64,000 bases of DNA from the NCBI GenBank assembly GCA_963766595.1, contig CAVYAZ010000002.1:112924-176923 (forward strand). Direction: 5' to 3'. This stretch comes from an uncultured Gammaproteobacteria bacterium (GTDB taxonomy: Bacteria > Pseudomonadota > Gammaproteobacteria > Xanthomonadales > Rhodanobacteraceae). This document shows, piece after piece, positions 9,609 through 22,734 of the stretch. The notes under the pieces were generated by a model. The model worked only from the letters and a program-made list of their open reading frames with translations. It made no database searches and was not told the DNA's origin. The translations under genes and the position numbers were made by a program. The first letter of the stretch is position 1. Each line of letters begins with the position of its first letter.

Positions 9609-9638
9609 TTGCACTGCACCATACCCACCGGCTACAAT
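9609..9638 (+). promoter_or_regulatory. Putative sigma70 promoter of rpoZ-spoT
   Basis: TTGCAC (9609-9614), 18-nt spacer, TACAAT (9633-9638). Confidence 0.6.
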
Positions 9639-9683
9639 GATGTGAGTGTAAATTCGTGAATTCACATAGATTTTGAGGGTTTT

Positions 9684-9977
9684 ATGGCACGCATTACCGT
9701 GGAAGACTGCCTGGCAGTCGTCGACAACCGTTTCGAACTGGTGCTGATGGCGACCAAGCGCGCGCGCCAGCTGGCCAAGGGTGCCGATGCCCTGGTCGAG
9801 TCTACCAACGACAAGCCGACCGTGCTGGCCCTGCGCGAGATCGCCGGGCGCAAGGTCAATCCCGAGCTGATCGCCGAAATCGATCGCCAGGAACGCGAGA
9901 AGGCCGAGCGCGAGGCACTGGAATGGGCCGCGGCCGAAGTCGACGACGATCTGTCCAAGGGCGGCGACGACCTGTGA
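9684..9977 (+). CDS. rpoZ: RNA polymerase omega subunit
   Basis: [30 protein letters not shown]...[12 protein letters not shown]. Confidence 0.97.
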   Translation: MARITVEDCLAVVDNRFELVLMATKRARQLAKGADALVESTNDKPTVLALREIAGRKVNPELIAEIDRQEREKAEREALEWAAAEVDDDLSKGGDDL

Positions 9978-10082
9978 TCGAGGCCGCGAGCCACTGCTTG
10001 CGCCGCAACGGCGACGAGTCAGTGGCCGCGATGTGCCGCACCCGTCGAACACGGACGGGTTGATCAAGGACCGAGGTGACCC

Positions 10083-12218
10083 TTGAGCACGGCGATGCAG
10101 GAAGTCCTCCCTGCTAACGTGCAAGCGTTGGAAAAGCGCCTGGCGTACCTGCCGGCCGAGCAGATCGAGCGCGTGCGTCAGGCCTATCTGACCGGCGCGC
10201 ATGCCCACGCCGGGCAGACCCGCAAGAGCGGCGAACCATATATCACGCATCCAGTCGCCGTCGCCGGCATCCTCGCCGACCTCGGCATGGACGTCGAAAC
10301 GATCATCGCGGCGATCCTGCACGACACTCTCGAAGACACGCCGTTGTCGCGCCAGGAACTGGAGTCCAGTTTCGGGGCGACGGTCGCGGAGCTGGTCGAC
10401 GGTGTCACCAAGCTCGACAAGATCCGGTTTTCGACCCAGCAGGAAGCCGCGGCCGAAAGCTTCCGCAAGATGCTGCTGGCGATGGCGCGCGACCTGCGCG
10501 TGATCCTTATCAAGCTGGCCGACCGCCTGCACAACATGCGCACGCTCGGCGCGATGGCGCCCGAGTCGCGCTGGCGCATCGCCCGCGAAACGCTCGACAT
10601 CTATGCGCCGATCGCCCAGCGACTGGGCATGAACAAGTTCAAGTCCGAGCTGCAGGAACTCGGTTTCCGCGTCCTCTTCCCGTTCCGCCACCGGGTCATC
10701 GCCGCGCGCATCAAGAGCATGCTCGGCACGCGTCGCGAGTCAATGGGCAAGATCGAGGCGGCGCTGTCGGCGCGCCTGAATCAGGAACGCGTCAAGCACC
10801 GCATCATCAGCCGGGTCAAGTCGCCATACAGCATCTTCGCCAAGATGCGCAGCGAGCACAAAACCTTTGCCCAGGTCATCGACGTCTACGGTTTTCGCGT
10901 CGTCGTCGAATCGACGATGGAGTGCTACCACGCGCTCGGCGCGGTGCACGCATTGTACAAGCCGCTGGAGGCGCGTTTCCGCGACTTCATCGCCATCCCG
11001 AAGGCAAACGGCTACCAGTCGCTGCACACGGTGCTGTTCGGCCCGTTCGGCGCGCCGATCGAGATCCAGATCCGCACCGAGGACATGGACCAGGTTGCCG
11101 AGCGCGGTGTTGCCGCGCACTGGGTCTACAAGACCACCGGCCCGGCCAATTCGGCCCAGTCGCGCGCGCACGAATGGGTCGCCGGCCTGGTCGAGACCCA
11201 GACCCGCGACGTGTCGCCGCTCGATTTCATCGAAAATGTAAAAGTGGATTTGTTCCCGGACGACGTGTACCTGTTCACGCCGAAGGGACAGATCCTGGCG
11301 CTGCCGCGCAACGCCACGACGCTCGATTTCGCCTACTTCGTGCATACCGACATCGGCAACCACGCCGTCGCCGCGCGCGTCGACAAGAAGCTCGTGCCGC
11401 TGCGCACGCGGCTGAACTCGGGCGAGACGGTCGAAATCATCACCGCGCCGTCGGCGCATCCGCATCCGCAGTGGCTGGAATGGGTCGTGACCGGCCGCGC
11501 GCGCATCGCGATCCGCAATCACCTCAAGCACCTGCAGCACGAGGACGCGGTCGAATTCGGCCATCGCATGCTCGACCGCGCGCTCGAGAGCCGCGGCGTG
11601 CCGCTCGAGGCGATTGCGCCGAAAGTGCTCGACCGCTACCTGGCCAAAGGCAAGTACAAGCGGCTCGAGGAACTGCTCGCCGATATCGCGCTGGGCAACC
11701 GCATGCCGGACCAGGTCGCCTCGCAGCTGGTGCAAACGCGCCGCGCCGAAGGCGAGCCCGCGGCGCCCAGTACCGAGAAGATCCTGATCACCGGCAGCGA
11801 GCGCGGCGTGCTGACGTTCGGCAACTGCTGCCATCCGGTGCCGGGCGACGAAATCGTCGGCTATCTTTCGGCCGGAAAAGGCATCGTCGTGCACCGCCAG
11901 GACTGCCCGAACGTCGCCGAATACCGCAAGACGCCGGAGCGCATGATCGCGATCGACTGGGACCGCGCGGTCACCGGCGACTACCGCGTGCAGCTGCGCA
12001 TCGTCGTCGACAACAAGCCCGGCGTGCTGGCCACCGTCGCGGCGTCGATCGCCGAGGGCGACTCGAACATCGAGAACGTCGAGTACCAGGAACGCGACCA
12101 GCAGACCTCGACGTTGCTGTTCACGATCGAGGTTCGCAACCGCAAGCACCTGGCCGATGTCATGCGACGTGTGCGCAGGGCCAGCGTCGTGCACGGGGTG
12201 TATCGGCATCCGACATAG
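10083..12218 (+). CDS. spoT: Bifunctional (p)ppGpp synthetase/hydrolase SpoT
   Basis: HD domain (ILHDTLEDT), RVKSPYSI, NGYQSLHT, TGS and ACT domains; TTG start. Confidence 0.96.
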   Translation: MSTAMQEVLPANVQALEKRLAYLPAEQIERVRQAYLTGAHAHAGQTRKSGEPYITHPVAVAGILADLGMDVETIIAAILHDTLEDTPLSRQELESSFGATVAELVDGVTKLDKIRFSTQQEAAAESFRKMLLAMARDLRVILIKLADRLHNMRTLGAMAPESRWRIARETLDIYAPIAQRLGMNKFKSELQELGFRVLFPFRHRVIAARIKSMLGTRRESMGKIEAALSARLNQERVKHRIISRVKSPYSIFAKMRSEHKTFAQVIDVYGFRVVVESTMECYHALGAVHALYKPLEARFRDFIAIPKANGYQSLHTVLFGPFGAPIEIQIRTEDMDQVAERGVAAHWVYKTTGPANSAQSRAHEWVAGLVETQTRDVSPLDFIENVKVDLFPDDVYLFTPKGQILALPRNATTLDFAYFVHTDIGNHAVAARVDKKLVPLRTRLNSGETVEIITAPSAHPHPQWLEWVVTGRARIAIRNHLKHLQHEDAVEFGHRMLDRALESRGVPLEAIAPKVLDRYLAKGKYKRLEELLADIALGNRMPDQVASQLVQTRRAEGEPAAPSTEKILITGSERGVLTFGNCCHPVPGDEIVGYLSAGKGIVVHRQDCPNVAEYRKTPERMIAIDWDRAVTGDYRVQLRIVVDNKPGVLATVAASIAEGDSNIENVEYQERDQQTSTLLFTIEVRNRKHLADVMRRVRRASVVHGVYRHPT

Positions 12219-12420
12219 GGAAGGGGCTAGGGACCAGGGACCAGGGACCAGGGACCAGGGATGAGGAGCGGCTGCTTTGCGTCGTGCGCTCCGTCAAATG
12301 GACAGACGGAACGTGCTTGCGTACCTTCCGTGAATCGCTACGATCTGTCGCCACTCTCGCCACTCTCGCCACTCTCGCCACTCGCCCCTAGTGCCCAGTC
12401 CCTAGCCCCTAGCCCCTAGT
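12217..12420. repeat. Heptamer element: (CAGGGAC)x4 arm, inverted (CCCCTAG)n arm, plus internal 9-mer CGCCACTCT x3
   Basis: Read directly between spoT and ridA. Confidence 0.8.
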
Positions 12421-12432
12421 CACGGAGTTCCC

Positions 12433-12816
12433 ATGCCCCGCCAAACCATCCACAGCGACAGCGCACCGAAGGCCATCGGTCCGTATTCGCAAGCCGTGCG
12501 CAGCGGCAACACGCTGTACTTCTCCGGGCAGACGCCGATCGATCCGGCAACCGGGGCGCTCGCGACCGGCGACATCTCGGCGCAGGCGCGGCGTGTGTTC
12601 GACAACCTCAAGGCGGTGTGCGCGGCGGCCGGCGGCTCGTTCGACCAAGTCGTTCGGGTCGGCATTTATCTGACCGACCTCGGCAATTTCGCGGCCGTCA
12701 ATGCAGTCATGAAAGAGTACTTCGCCGAACCGTTTCCTGCGCGCTCGACGATCGGCGTCGCCGCCCTGCCGCGGGACGCGCAGGTGGAAGTGGACATGAT
12801 CCTGTCGTTCGACTGA
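12433..12816 (+). CDS. ridA: RidA/Rid family enamine deaminase
   Basis: APKAIGPYSQAV, SGQTPIDP, FPARSTIGVAALP. Confidence 0.93.
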   Translation: MPRQTIHSDSAPKAIGPYSQAVRSGNTLYFSGQTPIDPATGALATGDISAQARRVFDNLKAVCAAAGGSFDQVVRVGIYLTDLGNFAAVNAVMKEYFAEPFPARSTIGVAALPRDAQVEVDMILSFD

Positions 12817-12876
12817 GTCGCGTTGGCCGAATGCGCGCTGGATCGTGCAGGATTTGCTATCCGGGGAAATGAGGCG

Positions 12877-14973
<2,097 letters not shown>

Positions 14974-14977
14974 GTTC

Positions 14978-15066
14978 CAGGGCCGAGGGCTGAGGGCTGA
15001 GAGAAGATCAAGAGCGTCACCTATACGCGCTTGCTCTTACTTCCTCAGCCATCAGCCCTCAGCCCT
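14978..15066. repeat. Inverted heptamer arms (GGGCTGA)n / (TCAGCCC)n
   Basis: Between recG and the nucleoside hydrolase gene; same family as 3129-3260. Confidence 0.75.
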
Positions 15067-15099
15067 AAAATAACGAGCCACCTGAGCCCTTATCCAAAA

Positions 15100-16029
15100 A
15101 TGACAAAAATGAAACTCCTCATAGATACCGACCCGGGCGTCGATGATGCGCTGGCGATCCTGATGGCGCACGCCCACGCCGACGTGCTCGGCCTTAGCAT
15201 CGCGGCGGGCAACGTCGGGATCGGCCACACGGTCGCCAACGCGCTCAAGCTCGTCGAGATCATCGGCGCCGACACACCGGTATTTGCCGGTTGCGCGACG
15301 CCGCTGGTGTTGCCGGCCGAGGACGCGGCGTTCGTGCACGGCGCGGATGGCTTCGGCGATACCGGATATACGCCGAGTGCGCGCCGCGCCGAGGACGAAG
15401 CCGCGGCGCTGGCAATCCTGCGCCTGTCGCACGCGCATGCCGGCAAGTTCGTGCTCGTCGCTATCGCGCCGCTGACGAACCTGGCGCTCGCGCTGAAGCT
15501 CGACCCGACCCTGCCGCAACGCGTGGCCAGTCTCGTGATCATGGGTGGGGCCGTGACCGGCCGGGGCAACACGCATCGGGTGCCGGCCGAATTCAACATT
15601 GGCTTCGATCCGGAGGCTGCGCACGTCGTGTTCACGTCGTTCCCGCGGTTCACGCTGGTCGACTGGGAGGCGACGATGCGCCACGGCATCGCGTTTGAAC
15701 GCATGCAGGCCTGGCTCGGCGCCGACGATCCGCGCGCGCGCTTTTACGCGTCGATCTCACGCAAGACGCATGCATGGTCGCGCGAACGCGGCCGGCCGAA
15801 CGTGCTGGTTGCCGATGCGCTGGCCATGGCTGTCGCGCTGCATCCCGACATCGTCACGCGTGCCGAGGACCGGCACGTTGCGATCGAACTGACCGGCACG
15901 CACACACGCGGCGCTACGGTCGTCGACTGGGAATCCAGGCTGGCGCCGGCGCCAAACGCCCGCATCGTGCTCGATGTCGACCAGGCGCGCTTCGAGACGC
16001 TGGTCGCGGCAGCACTGGGTTCCGCCTAG
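15100..16029 (+). CDS. Inosine-uridine-preferring nucleoside hydrolase
   Basis: IDTDPGVDDA motif, APLTNLA, AEFNIGFDPEAA. Confidence 0.93.
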   Translation: MTKMKLLIDTDPGVDDALAILMAHAHADVLGLSIAAGNVGIGHTVANALKLVEIIGADTPVFAGCATPLVLPAEDAAFVHGADGFGDTGYTPSARRAEDEAAALAILRLSHAHAGKFVLVAIAPLTNLALALKLDPTLPQRVASLVIMGGAVTGRGNTHRVPAEFNIGFDPEAAHVVFTSFPRFTLVDWEATMRHGIAFERMQAWLGADDPRARFYASISRKTHAWSRERGRPNVLVADALAMAVALHPDIVTRAEDRHVAIELTGTHTRGATVVDWESRLAPAPNARIVLDVDQARFETLVAAALGSA

Positions 16030-19000
16030 ACCGGCTTGGGACTGGCGTCGCCGGATGGCCTGCGCGGCGCGGCTGCCTTGTCCGGTTCGTCCACCTGCAC
16101 CGGACTGCGCACCCACAAATCCATTTGTGGAAACGCGATTTCGATATCGTTCTCGCGGAACACCTCGGCGATGCGCATCTGCAGATCGTTCTTCACAATG
16201 GGGCGCTGATTGACTTCGGCAACGAAGACGTTCAGATCGAACAACTGGGCGTTGTCGCCGAAACCTGTCAGGAAGCAGACGGGGGCCGGATCGGACAGCA
16301 CCAGCGGATGCGTCGTGGCGGTCTGCATCAGCAGGCGTTGCGCCAGACGCGGATCGCTGCGATAAGAGACGGCGACGCGCGTCACGATGCGCGTTATCGA
16401 GTCAGTCAGCGTCCAGTTGGTCAGGCGATCGGTGATGAAGCTCTTGTTCGGCACGATGACTTCGCGGTGGTCCGCGTCGACGATCGTCGTCGCGCGCGTG
16501 CGAATGCGCGTTACCGTGCCCTCGACGTTGCCGATTGAGACGGTGTCGCCGACGCGAACCGGGCGTTCGAACAGCATCATCAGTCCTGAAATGAAATTGG
16601 CGAAGATCTCCTGCAGGCCGAAGCCCAGGCCCACGGAAAATCCCGCGGCGAGCCACTTGAAGCTGCTCCAGCGCAGTCCGAGCAGCGCCAGGCCGGCGCA
16701 GGTGCCGGTGAACAGAATGACGTAGCGCGTGATCGTCGTGACAGCGTAGCGCGTCGGCGCATCGACGTTGAGCCGGCGCAGCACGCTGACCTCGAGCAGT
16801 CCGGGCAGGTTGCCGGTCGCCAGCCAGGTCAGGCTCAGCACGATCAGCGCCTCGAGCACACCGAGCAGGGTGACGTTCTCGTCTTTCCAGACGGCGATGT
16901 CGTCGAGCATCGCCAGCGCCGGAGTGACGTCGGACCAGATCCAGAGCAGCGAGATGATCACGGCGAGCGTCGTCAACCAGCGCAGCAGCCGTCGCGTCTG
17001 CTCGCCGACGGCGGCTACCGTGATTTCCTCAGGTTCGGGTTCCGGGGCGGCGCCCGCGTCTTCACGCTCGCGCTGCTCTTCGGCGGATTCCTGTTTCTGT
17101 TCGAGGCGCATGAGCGCCAACCGGCGTTCGCCCAGCACGAGCCAGCGCACGGCCAATCCATTCACCGACGCGATCAGCAGCAACACGCCCAGCGACGCGA
17201 TGACGTGGCGGCTCAGCGTCATCACGGTGACGAAATAACCGTAGAGCACGAGGCCGGCCATGAGCAAGAATCCCACGCTCATGAGGACGTGCACTGCCTG
17301 GCGCATGCGCAGCGGCTCGGCGAGGACCATGCCGCGGACCGTCCAGAGTCGGCCCGGGGCAAACAGGCGCCAGGCCACCGCGGCAAATCCGATCGCCGAC
17401 AGCGCCAGCATCAGACGCCCGACCGTATCGATCGGCGCCGGTGGTCCACGCAGCAACAGCATGCGCAGCACGAACAGCGTCGGCATTACGCATGCCGCGA
17501 ACCACGGCGCGGCGGCGCTCAATGCCTCGCGACGCGGTCGCGGCCAGCGAAAATGAGACTGGGCGAGTCCGTTTTCGAGCGTCATTGTGCGCAGGCACGC
17601 CACGGCATACGCCGGCATGACGAGGGCCGCGAACGCGTAGGCGGTTTCCTCGGTGAGATTTCCGCTGCTCGGCAGCTGCCGGCACAGGTAACTCAGCATC
17701 CAGAATGCGAACGCCATCGGCGCCGCGGCCACCAGTGTCCAGAACAGGGCCTTGCCGGTAAGCGCGAGGCGATCCGTGCGGATGCGGCGCATCGGGGCCG
17801 TCAACTGCTCGAGCTTCGACGCCAGGCGCCAGCGAGCCATGCCGAGCAGGATGAGGACGATCGCGGCCGCGGCCGATGTCAGCGGCGCCGCGACGATCGC
17901 CTGTTCGACGTTGACGGCCACGCGCCCCCAGCGGCGTGCGCCAAAAAATGTGCCGAAGTCCTGCGACAGCTGCGTGAACCAGGCCGCATCGATCGGCTTG
18001 TGGCTTGGGGTCCAGAGCAGGCGCGCATCGAGTATGTTGTCGAGCTTCTCGGTCGAGACGACGAGTTCGTGCAGTGTCTGTTCGGCGTCGCTCTGGACCG
18101 TCGCCAGGCGCGTCTGCTGGAGCAGCAGCGCCTGCACGATCTCGGCGCGAGTGTTGAGCAGGCGAAACGCGCCGGTGCGGAGGTCGTTCAGACGCTCGGC
18201 AGGCGGCGCCGGCATTCGCGACAATGCCTGCTCTACGGCGTTGCCCAGATCGCTCAGGCTGCTCTGCTGTTCGCGCAAGCCGATCAGGTTGATGCGCGTC
18301 TGGGCAAGGTCGGTCTGAAGCTTGGCAAGCGAGCGCTTGAGCAAGGTCAATGATTTCAGCCTGCTCTTTTCGGCCAGCAGTATCAGTCCGACGGCTTCGC
18401 TGACGCCGCCGATCCGAATGCGCTCCTCGGTGTTCTTCAGCGCCTGCGCGGTGTCGCGCCGCCAGCTTTCCCAGTCTTGCTGCTGCGCGTGCAACTGGCT
18501 GAGTTGGTGAACCGAGTCGGCGAGCTTTTCGGCCAGCGAAACGTTCGCGTTCGCAGTTTCACCGAGCGCCCGGAACTCGGCCGCGAACCGGTCGCGTTCC
18601 TGCGCGACGCGGGTGGCCAGATCAGCGGCCGCGGCTCCGGTGCGGTCGAGCACGAGATTTTCCAGTGTCGCGACGTGCTGGTTCAGCTCGCTGACCCTGC
18701 GCTGGCGATCGCGCAGCTGCGCGGCAAGCAGGCGCATGCGGCTTTCGTAGGTGCGGTCTTCCAGATTGAGCAGCTCGATCTGGATCGTCGCGCGCCGCGC
18801 GGCGGCCTGTGCCCGCAGCGTCTGCGCCTGTGCGGCGGCGCCATCGCCGGCGGCCGGCGCAGTCTCGCCGCTCTTGTCCAGCGCTGCCCTGGCCGTCGCC
18901 AGTTCGGCGCGAAGCAGGCCTGGCCTGAGTGACTGTCGGTCGATCTCGGCCTGCAGTGTCGCGATGCCGGACTTGGCGGCGGAAAGATCGTCACGCTCGC

Positions 19001-20177
19001 GCGCAAGAAGTGCTTCGAGTTGTTCGACACTGGCGCGTTCCGGCAATGCGGTGCGCCACGCCAGCAGTGCGGTGGCATCGTTTTGAGCGAGCGCATCCTC
19101 GAGTTTCTGCGCTTCGGCATCGGCGCTGGCGGAAGTCTGGGTCAACGCCTGCCACTGGCCCGCGAGTTCATCGGCAGCGGATTCGTCGTCCTTCGCGGCG
19201 CGCAGCAATTCTTCGATCATGCCGCGCTGCTCGGGATCGCGCGTCTTTGCCGCCGCCTGCAGCGCGGTATCGATCGCAGCCGCATGCGATGCCGGCAACG
19301 CCGGTGCCGCGGCAGTCACCGCCGCGGGGGCAACAACCTTCTTCAGCCAGCGCTCGCGCAGCGATTTCTCGTCGTCGACGCTGATCGTCTTGAGCGCCGC
19401 GTTGATGATGTCGCGCAGCGTCGGCCAGTCGTCCCGGATGGCGAGGGTCACTGGCGTTTCGAGTGCAAGCTGGCCCGACAGCACGATGTCCTGATCGAAT
19501 TTCAGCCGCGCAAGCGCATCGGCGGTCCTGAACGGATCGCCGATGAATGCATCGACCGTCTTGTCGCGCAGTGCATTGAGCGCTGCGCCAATATCCGCGA
19601 AGCTGCGCGCCTTCGCCGAACTGTCCTGCGCGGCGAGCAGCGCCGCCCAGGGCGACGCTTCGACCAGCGCGATCGAATGTCCCCTGAGTTGGTCCAGGCT
19701 GCTGAATCCGGGCTCGCCGCTGCGCGCGAAGACGGCGGCGGACAGGCGCATGTACGGCGCGGTGTACAGGATGTTTTTCTTGCCGTCGGCCCCGGGAGCC
19801 GCGGCAGACATCAGGTCGGCGCGGCGTTCGGCGAGCGCGCGCAAGGCCTCGCCGCGGCTGGCTGTGCGAACGACGCGGAACTCCAGTCCGGTGCGCGCCG
19901 CGATCAGCTTGAGATAGTCTGCGCTGAGGCCGCGCTGGCGGCCTTCGGCGTCGATGCCATCGATCGGGGCGAGGTCCGGATCCGGGGCAACGCGGATGAT
20001 CTTATGGGCCTCCACCCACTGGCGCTGGGCCGAGGTCAGCTCGAGGGGCTGGGCGTTCAGTCCGGCCGCCATGGACAGCAGGACCAGGAAAAACGCCAGC
20101 GCACACGGGAGTTTGTAGCGTTCGAACGGTCGTCTGGCCGCGGCGGGTTCGCGGCCCGGACAGGGCAAATACGTCAT
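16026..20177 (-). CDS. MscK/KefA-like mechanosensitive channel with an N-terminal SBP family-3 (BvgS/EvgS-type) periplasmic domain, 1383 aa
   Basis: Signal peptide; LTSAQRQWVEAHKIIRVAPDPDLAP...GLSADYLKLIAARTGLEF; long coiled coil; multiple TMs; GLGFGLQEIFANFISG...ERPVRVGD MscS core. Confidence 0.88.
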   Translation of the reverse strand: MTYLPCPGREPAAARRPFERYKLPCALAFFLVLLSMAAGLNAQPLELTSAQRQWVEAHKIIRVAPDPDLAPIDGIDAEGRQRGLSADYLKLIAARTGLEFRVVRTASRGEALRALAERRADLMSAAAPGADGKKNILYTAPYMRLSAAVFARSGEPGFSSLDQLRGHSIALVEASPWAALLAAQDSSAKARSFADIGAALNALRDKTVDAFIGDPFRTADALARLKFDQDIVLSGQLALETPVTLAIRDDWPTLRDIINAALKTISVDDEKSLRERWLKKVVAPAAVTAAAPALPASHAAAIDTALQAAAKTRDPEQRGMIEELLRAAKDDESAADELAGQWQALTQTSASADAEAQKLEDALAQNDATALLAWRTALPERASVEQLEALLARERDDLSAAKSGIATLQAEIDRQSLRPGLLRAELATARAALDKSGETAPAAGDGAAAQAQTLRAQAAARRATIQIELLNLEDRTYESRMRLLAAQLRDRQRRVSELNQHVATLENLVLDRTGAAAADLATRVAQERDRFAAEFRALGETANANVSLAEKLADSVHQLSQLHAQQQDWESWRRDTAQALKNTEERIRIGGVSEAVGLILLAEKSRLKSLTLLKRSLAKLQTDLAQTRINLIGLREQQSSLSDLGNAVEQALSRMPAPPAERLNDLRTGAFRLLNTRAEIVQALLLQQTRLATVQSDAEQTLHELVVSTEKLDNILDARLLWTPSHKPIDAAWFTQLSQDFGTFFGARRWGRVAVNVEQAIVAAPLTSAAAAIVLILLGMARWRLASKLEQLTAPMRRIRTDRLALTGKALFWTLVAAAPMAFAFWMLSYLCRQLPSSGNLTEETAYAFAALVMPAYAVACLRTMTLENGLAQSHFRWPRPRREALSAAAPWFAACVMPTLFVLRMLLLRGPPAPIDTVGRLMLALSAIGFAAVAWRLFAPGRLWTVRGMVLAEPLRMRQAVHVLMSVGFLLMAGLVLYGYFVTVMTLSRHVIASLGVLLLIASVNGLAVRWLVLGERRLALMRLEQKQESAEEQREREDAGAAPEPEPEEITVAAVGEQTRRLLRWLTTLAVIISLLWIWSDVTPALAMLDDIAVWKDENVTLLGVLEALIVLSLTWLATGNLPGLLEVSVLRRLNVDAPTRYAVTTITRYVILFTGTCAGLALLGLRWSSFKWLAAGFSVGLGFGLQEIFANFISGLMMLFERPVRVGDTVSIGNVEGTVTRIRTRATTIVDADHREVIVPNKSFITDRLTNWTLTDSITRIVTRVAVSYRSDPRLAQRLLMQTATTHPLVLSDPAPVCFLTGFGDNAQLFDLNVFVAEVNQRPIVKNDLQMRIAEVFRENDIEIAFPQMDLWVRSPVQVDEPDKAAAPRRPSGDASPKPV

Positions 20178-20247
20178 CGGCTTGCGAGACCAGGCCGTAA
20201 AAGGGTAATATTAGCCTCTTTTCTCAATGATTTGCGGAGCTCACGCC

Positions 20248-20502
20248 ATGAAAGCCGACATCCATCCCAAGTACCAGAACGTGGTATTCCAGGATGTCTC
20301 CTCGAATTTCGCGATTCTCACGCGATCGACGATGACCAGCAAGGAAACGATCAAGTGGGAAGACGGCAAGGAATATCCTGTCGTCAAGGTGGAAATTTCC
20401 AGCCAGTCCCATCCGTTCTACACCGGCAAGCACAAGGTCATCGATGCGGGCGGCCGCGTCGACAAGTTCCGTCGCCGCTACGGCGCCAAGCCGACCGCGT
20501 AA
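20248..20502 (+). CDS. rpmE2: 50S ribosomal protein L31 type B (Zn-free)
   Basis: MKADIHPKY..., [24 protein letters not shown]; no CxxC. Confidence 0.95.
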   Translation: MKADIHPKYQNVVFQDVSSNFAILTRSTMTSKETIKWEDGKEYPVVKVEISSQSHPFYTGKHKVIDAGGRVDKFRRRYGAKPTA

Positions 20503-20813
20503 GCGCCGCCACCGATCCTGGTTTGCGTGCCGGCGAGGGATTCCGCAGCCGGCGCGAAAACAGGGCGGGGCTCTGCTGCACCGGGTGAGCCGCTGGCTCC
20601 CACGCAATCGCATGCCGTGCGCGCCCCATTCGACACGGCATCGCGACAGCTGTCTTTGCGCCGCTCCGACACCGTGTGTGCGGTAACGTTCGGGCAAACG
20701 CTTGTGCGATAATTCGCCGTTATCGACAGTGCGCACGCACTGATGCGGGGGCTGATTGCACACCGATGCCCGGTGTTCTGCCGTGCCGCTGGACCATGAC
20801 AGGAGATCTCGCC

Positions 20814-22092
<1,279 letters not shown>

Positions 22093-22106
<14 letters not shown>

Positions 22107-22734
22107 TTCCCCCTACGCCGGCGGCGCTGGCGGCCAGCAGTTCTTCGAGCGTCGTCAGCGACGCGCGACGCATGGGTTTTTCGCCGCTGCGGTCGAGCGG
22201 CGCCTGGCGCAGCAATTCCTCCGGCAGTACGGTCGCGTCAACCGGTATGTTTCCGGCGCTGAACACGAATGCCGGAAATTCGCGTTGCACGTCGCGCGTA
22301 AGGCGCAGCGGCCGCGATTGCTGTTCGTAGGGTATTCCGCGCTCGTCGAGAAAGCCGGCGACGGTCTCGGCAGTCTCGCTGAAAAGGTGCAGGCAAACGC
22401 TGGAATGCCGGTCGGCACTGCCATCGAGCACGGCGCCGACCAGGCGCGGCTCGAAACGCTCAAAGAAGCGCAATGCCTCGCGCGCGCTTTCGCGCAGTTC
22501 GCGCAGGCGCCGCGGCTGATCCTCGGCATCGAAAAGGCGCTGGTATTCGCGCAGCGCGTCCTCGATTTCCGCATTCTTCGGCAGGGCCGTATCGGCATGG
22601 AGGCCGAGCCGCTCGGCGGCCTTGCGCTTGGCGGCATGGTAGTCGCGGATGCCGTCCTCGCTGATCAGGCGCGCGGCTTCAGCCGCGATGCGGCGCCGCG
22701 TCTCGTCGCCTCGTCCGGGACCATGCCTGTGCAT
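22093..22734 (-). CDS. Conserved hypothetical protein (HTH-like N-terminus, nucleotidyltransferase-like middle region)
   Basis: [32 protein letters not shown]...[10 protein letters not shown]; translationally coupled to mrcA (TGATG). Confidence 0.75.

Noticed and set aside
9480-9660. tRNA or sRNA in the mlaA-rpoZ intergenic region
   Set aside because: No cloverleaf, T-loop GTTCRA context or CCA end; the region is explained by divergent promoters.
12217-12420. CRISPR-like array from the repeated units
   Set aside because: Units are 7-9 nt and tandem, with no unique spacers and no cas genes.
20248-20502. Zur-regulated alternative L31 paralog
   Set aside because: No rpmJ2 partner or Zur box is visible; the type B protein is the usual L31 in this group.
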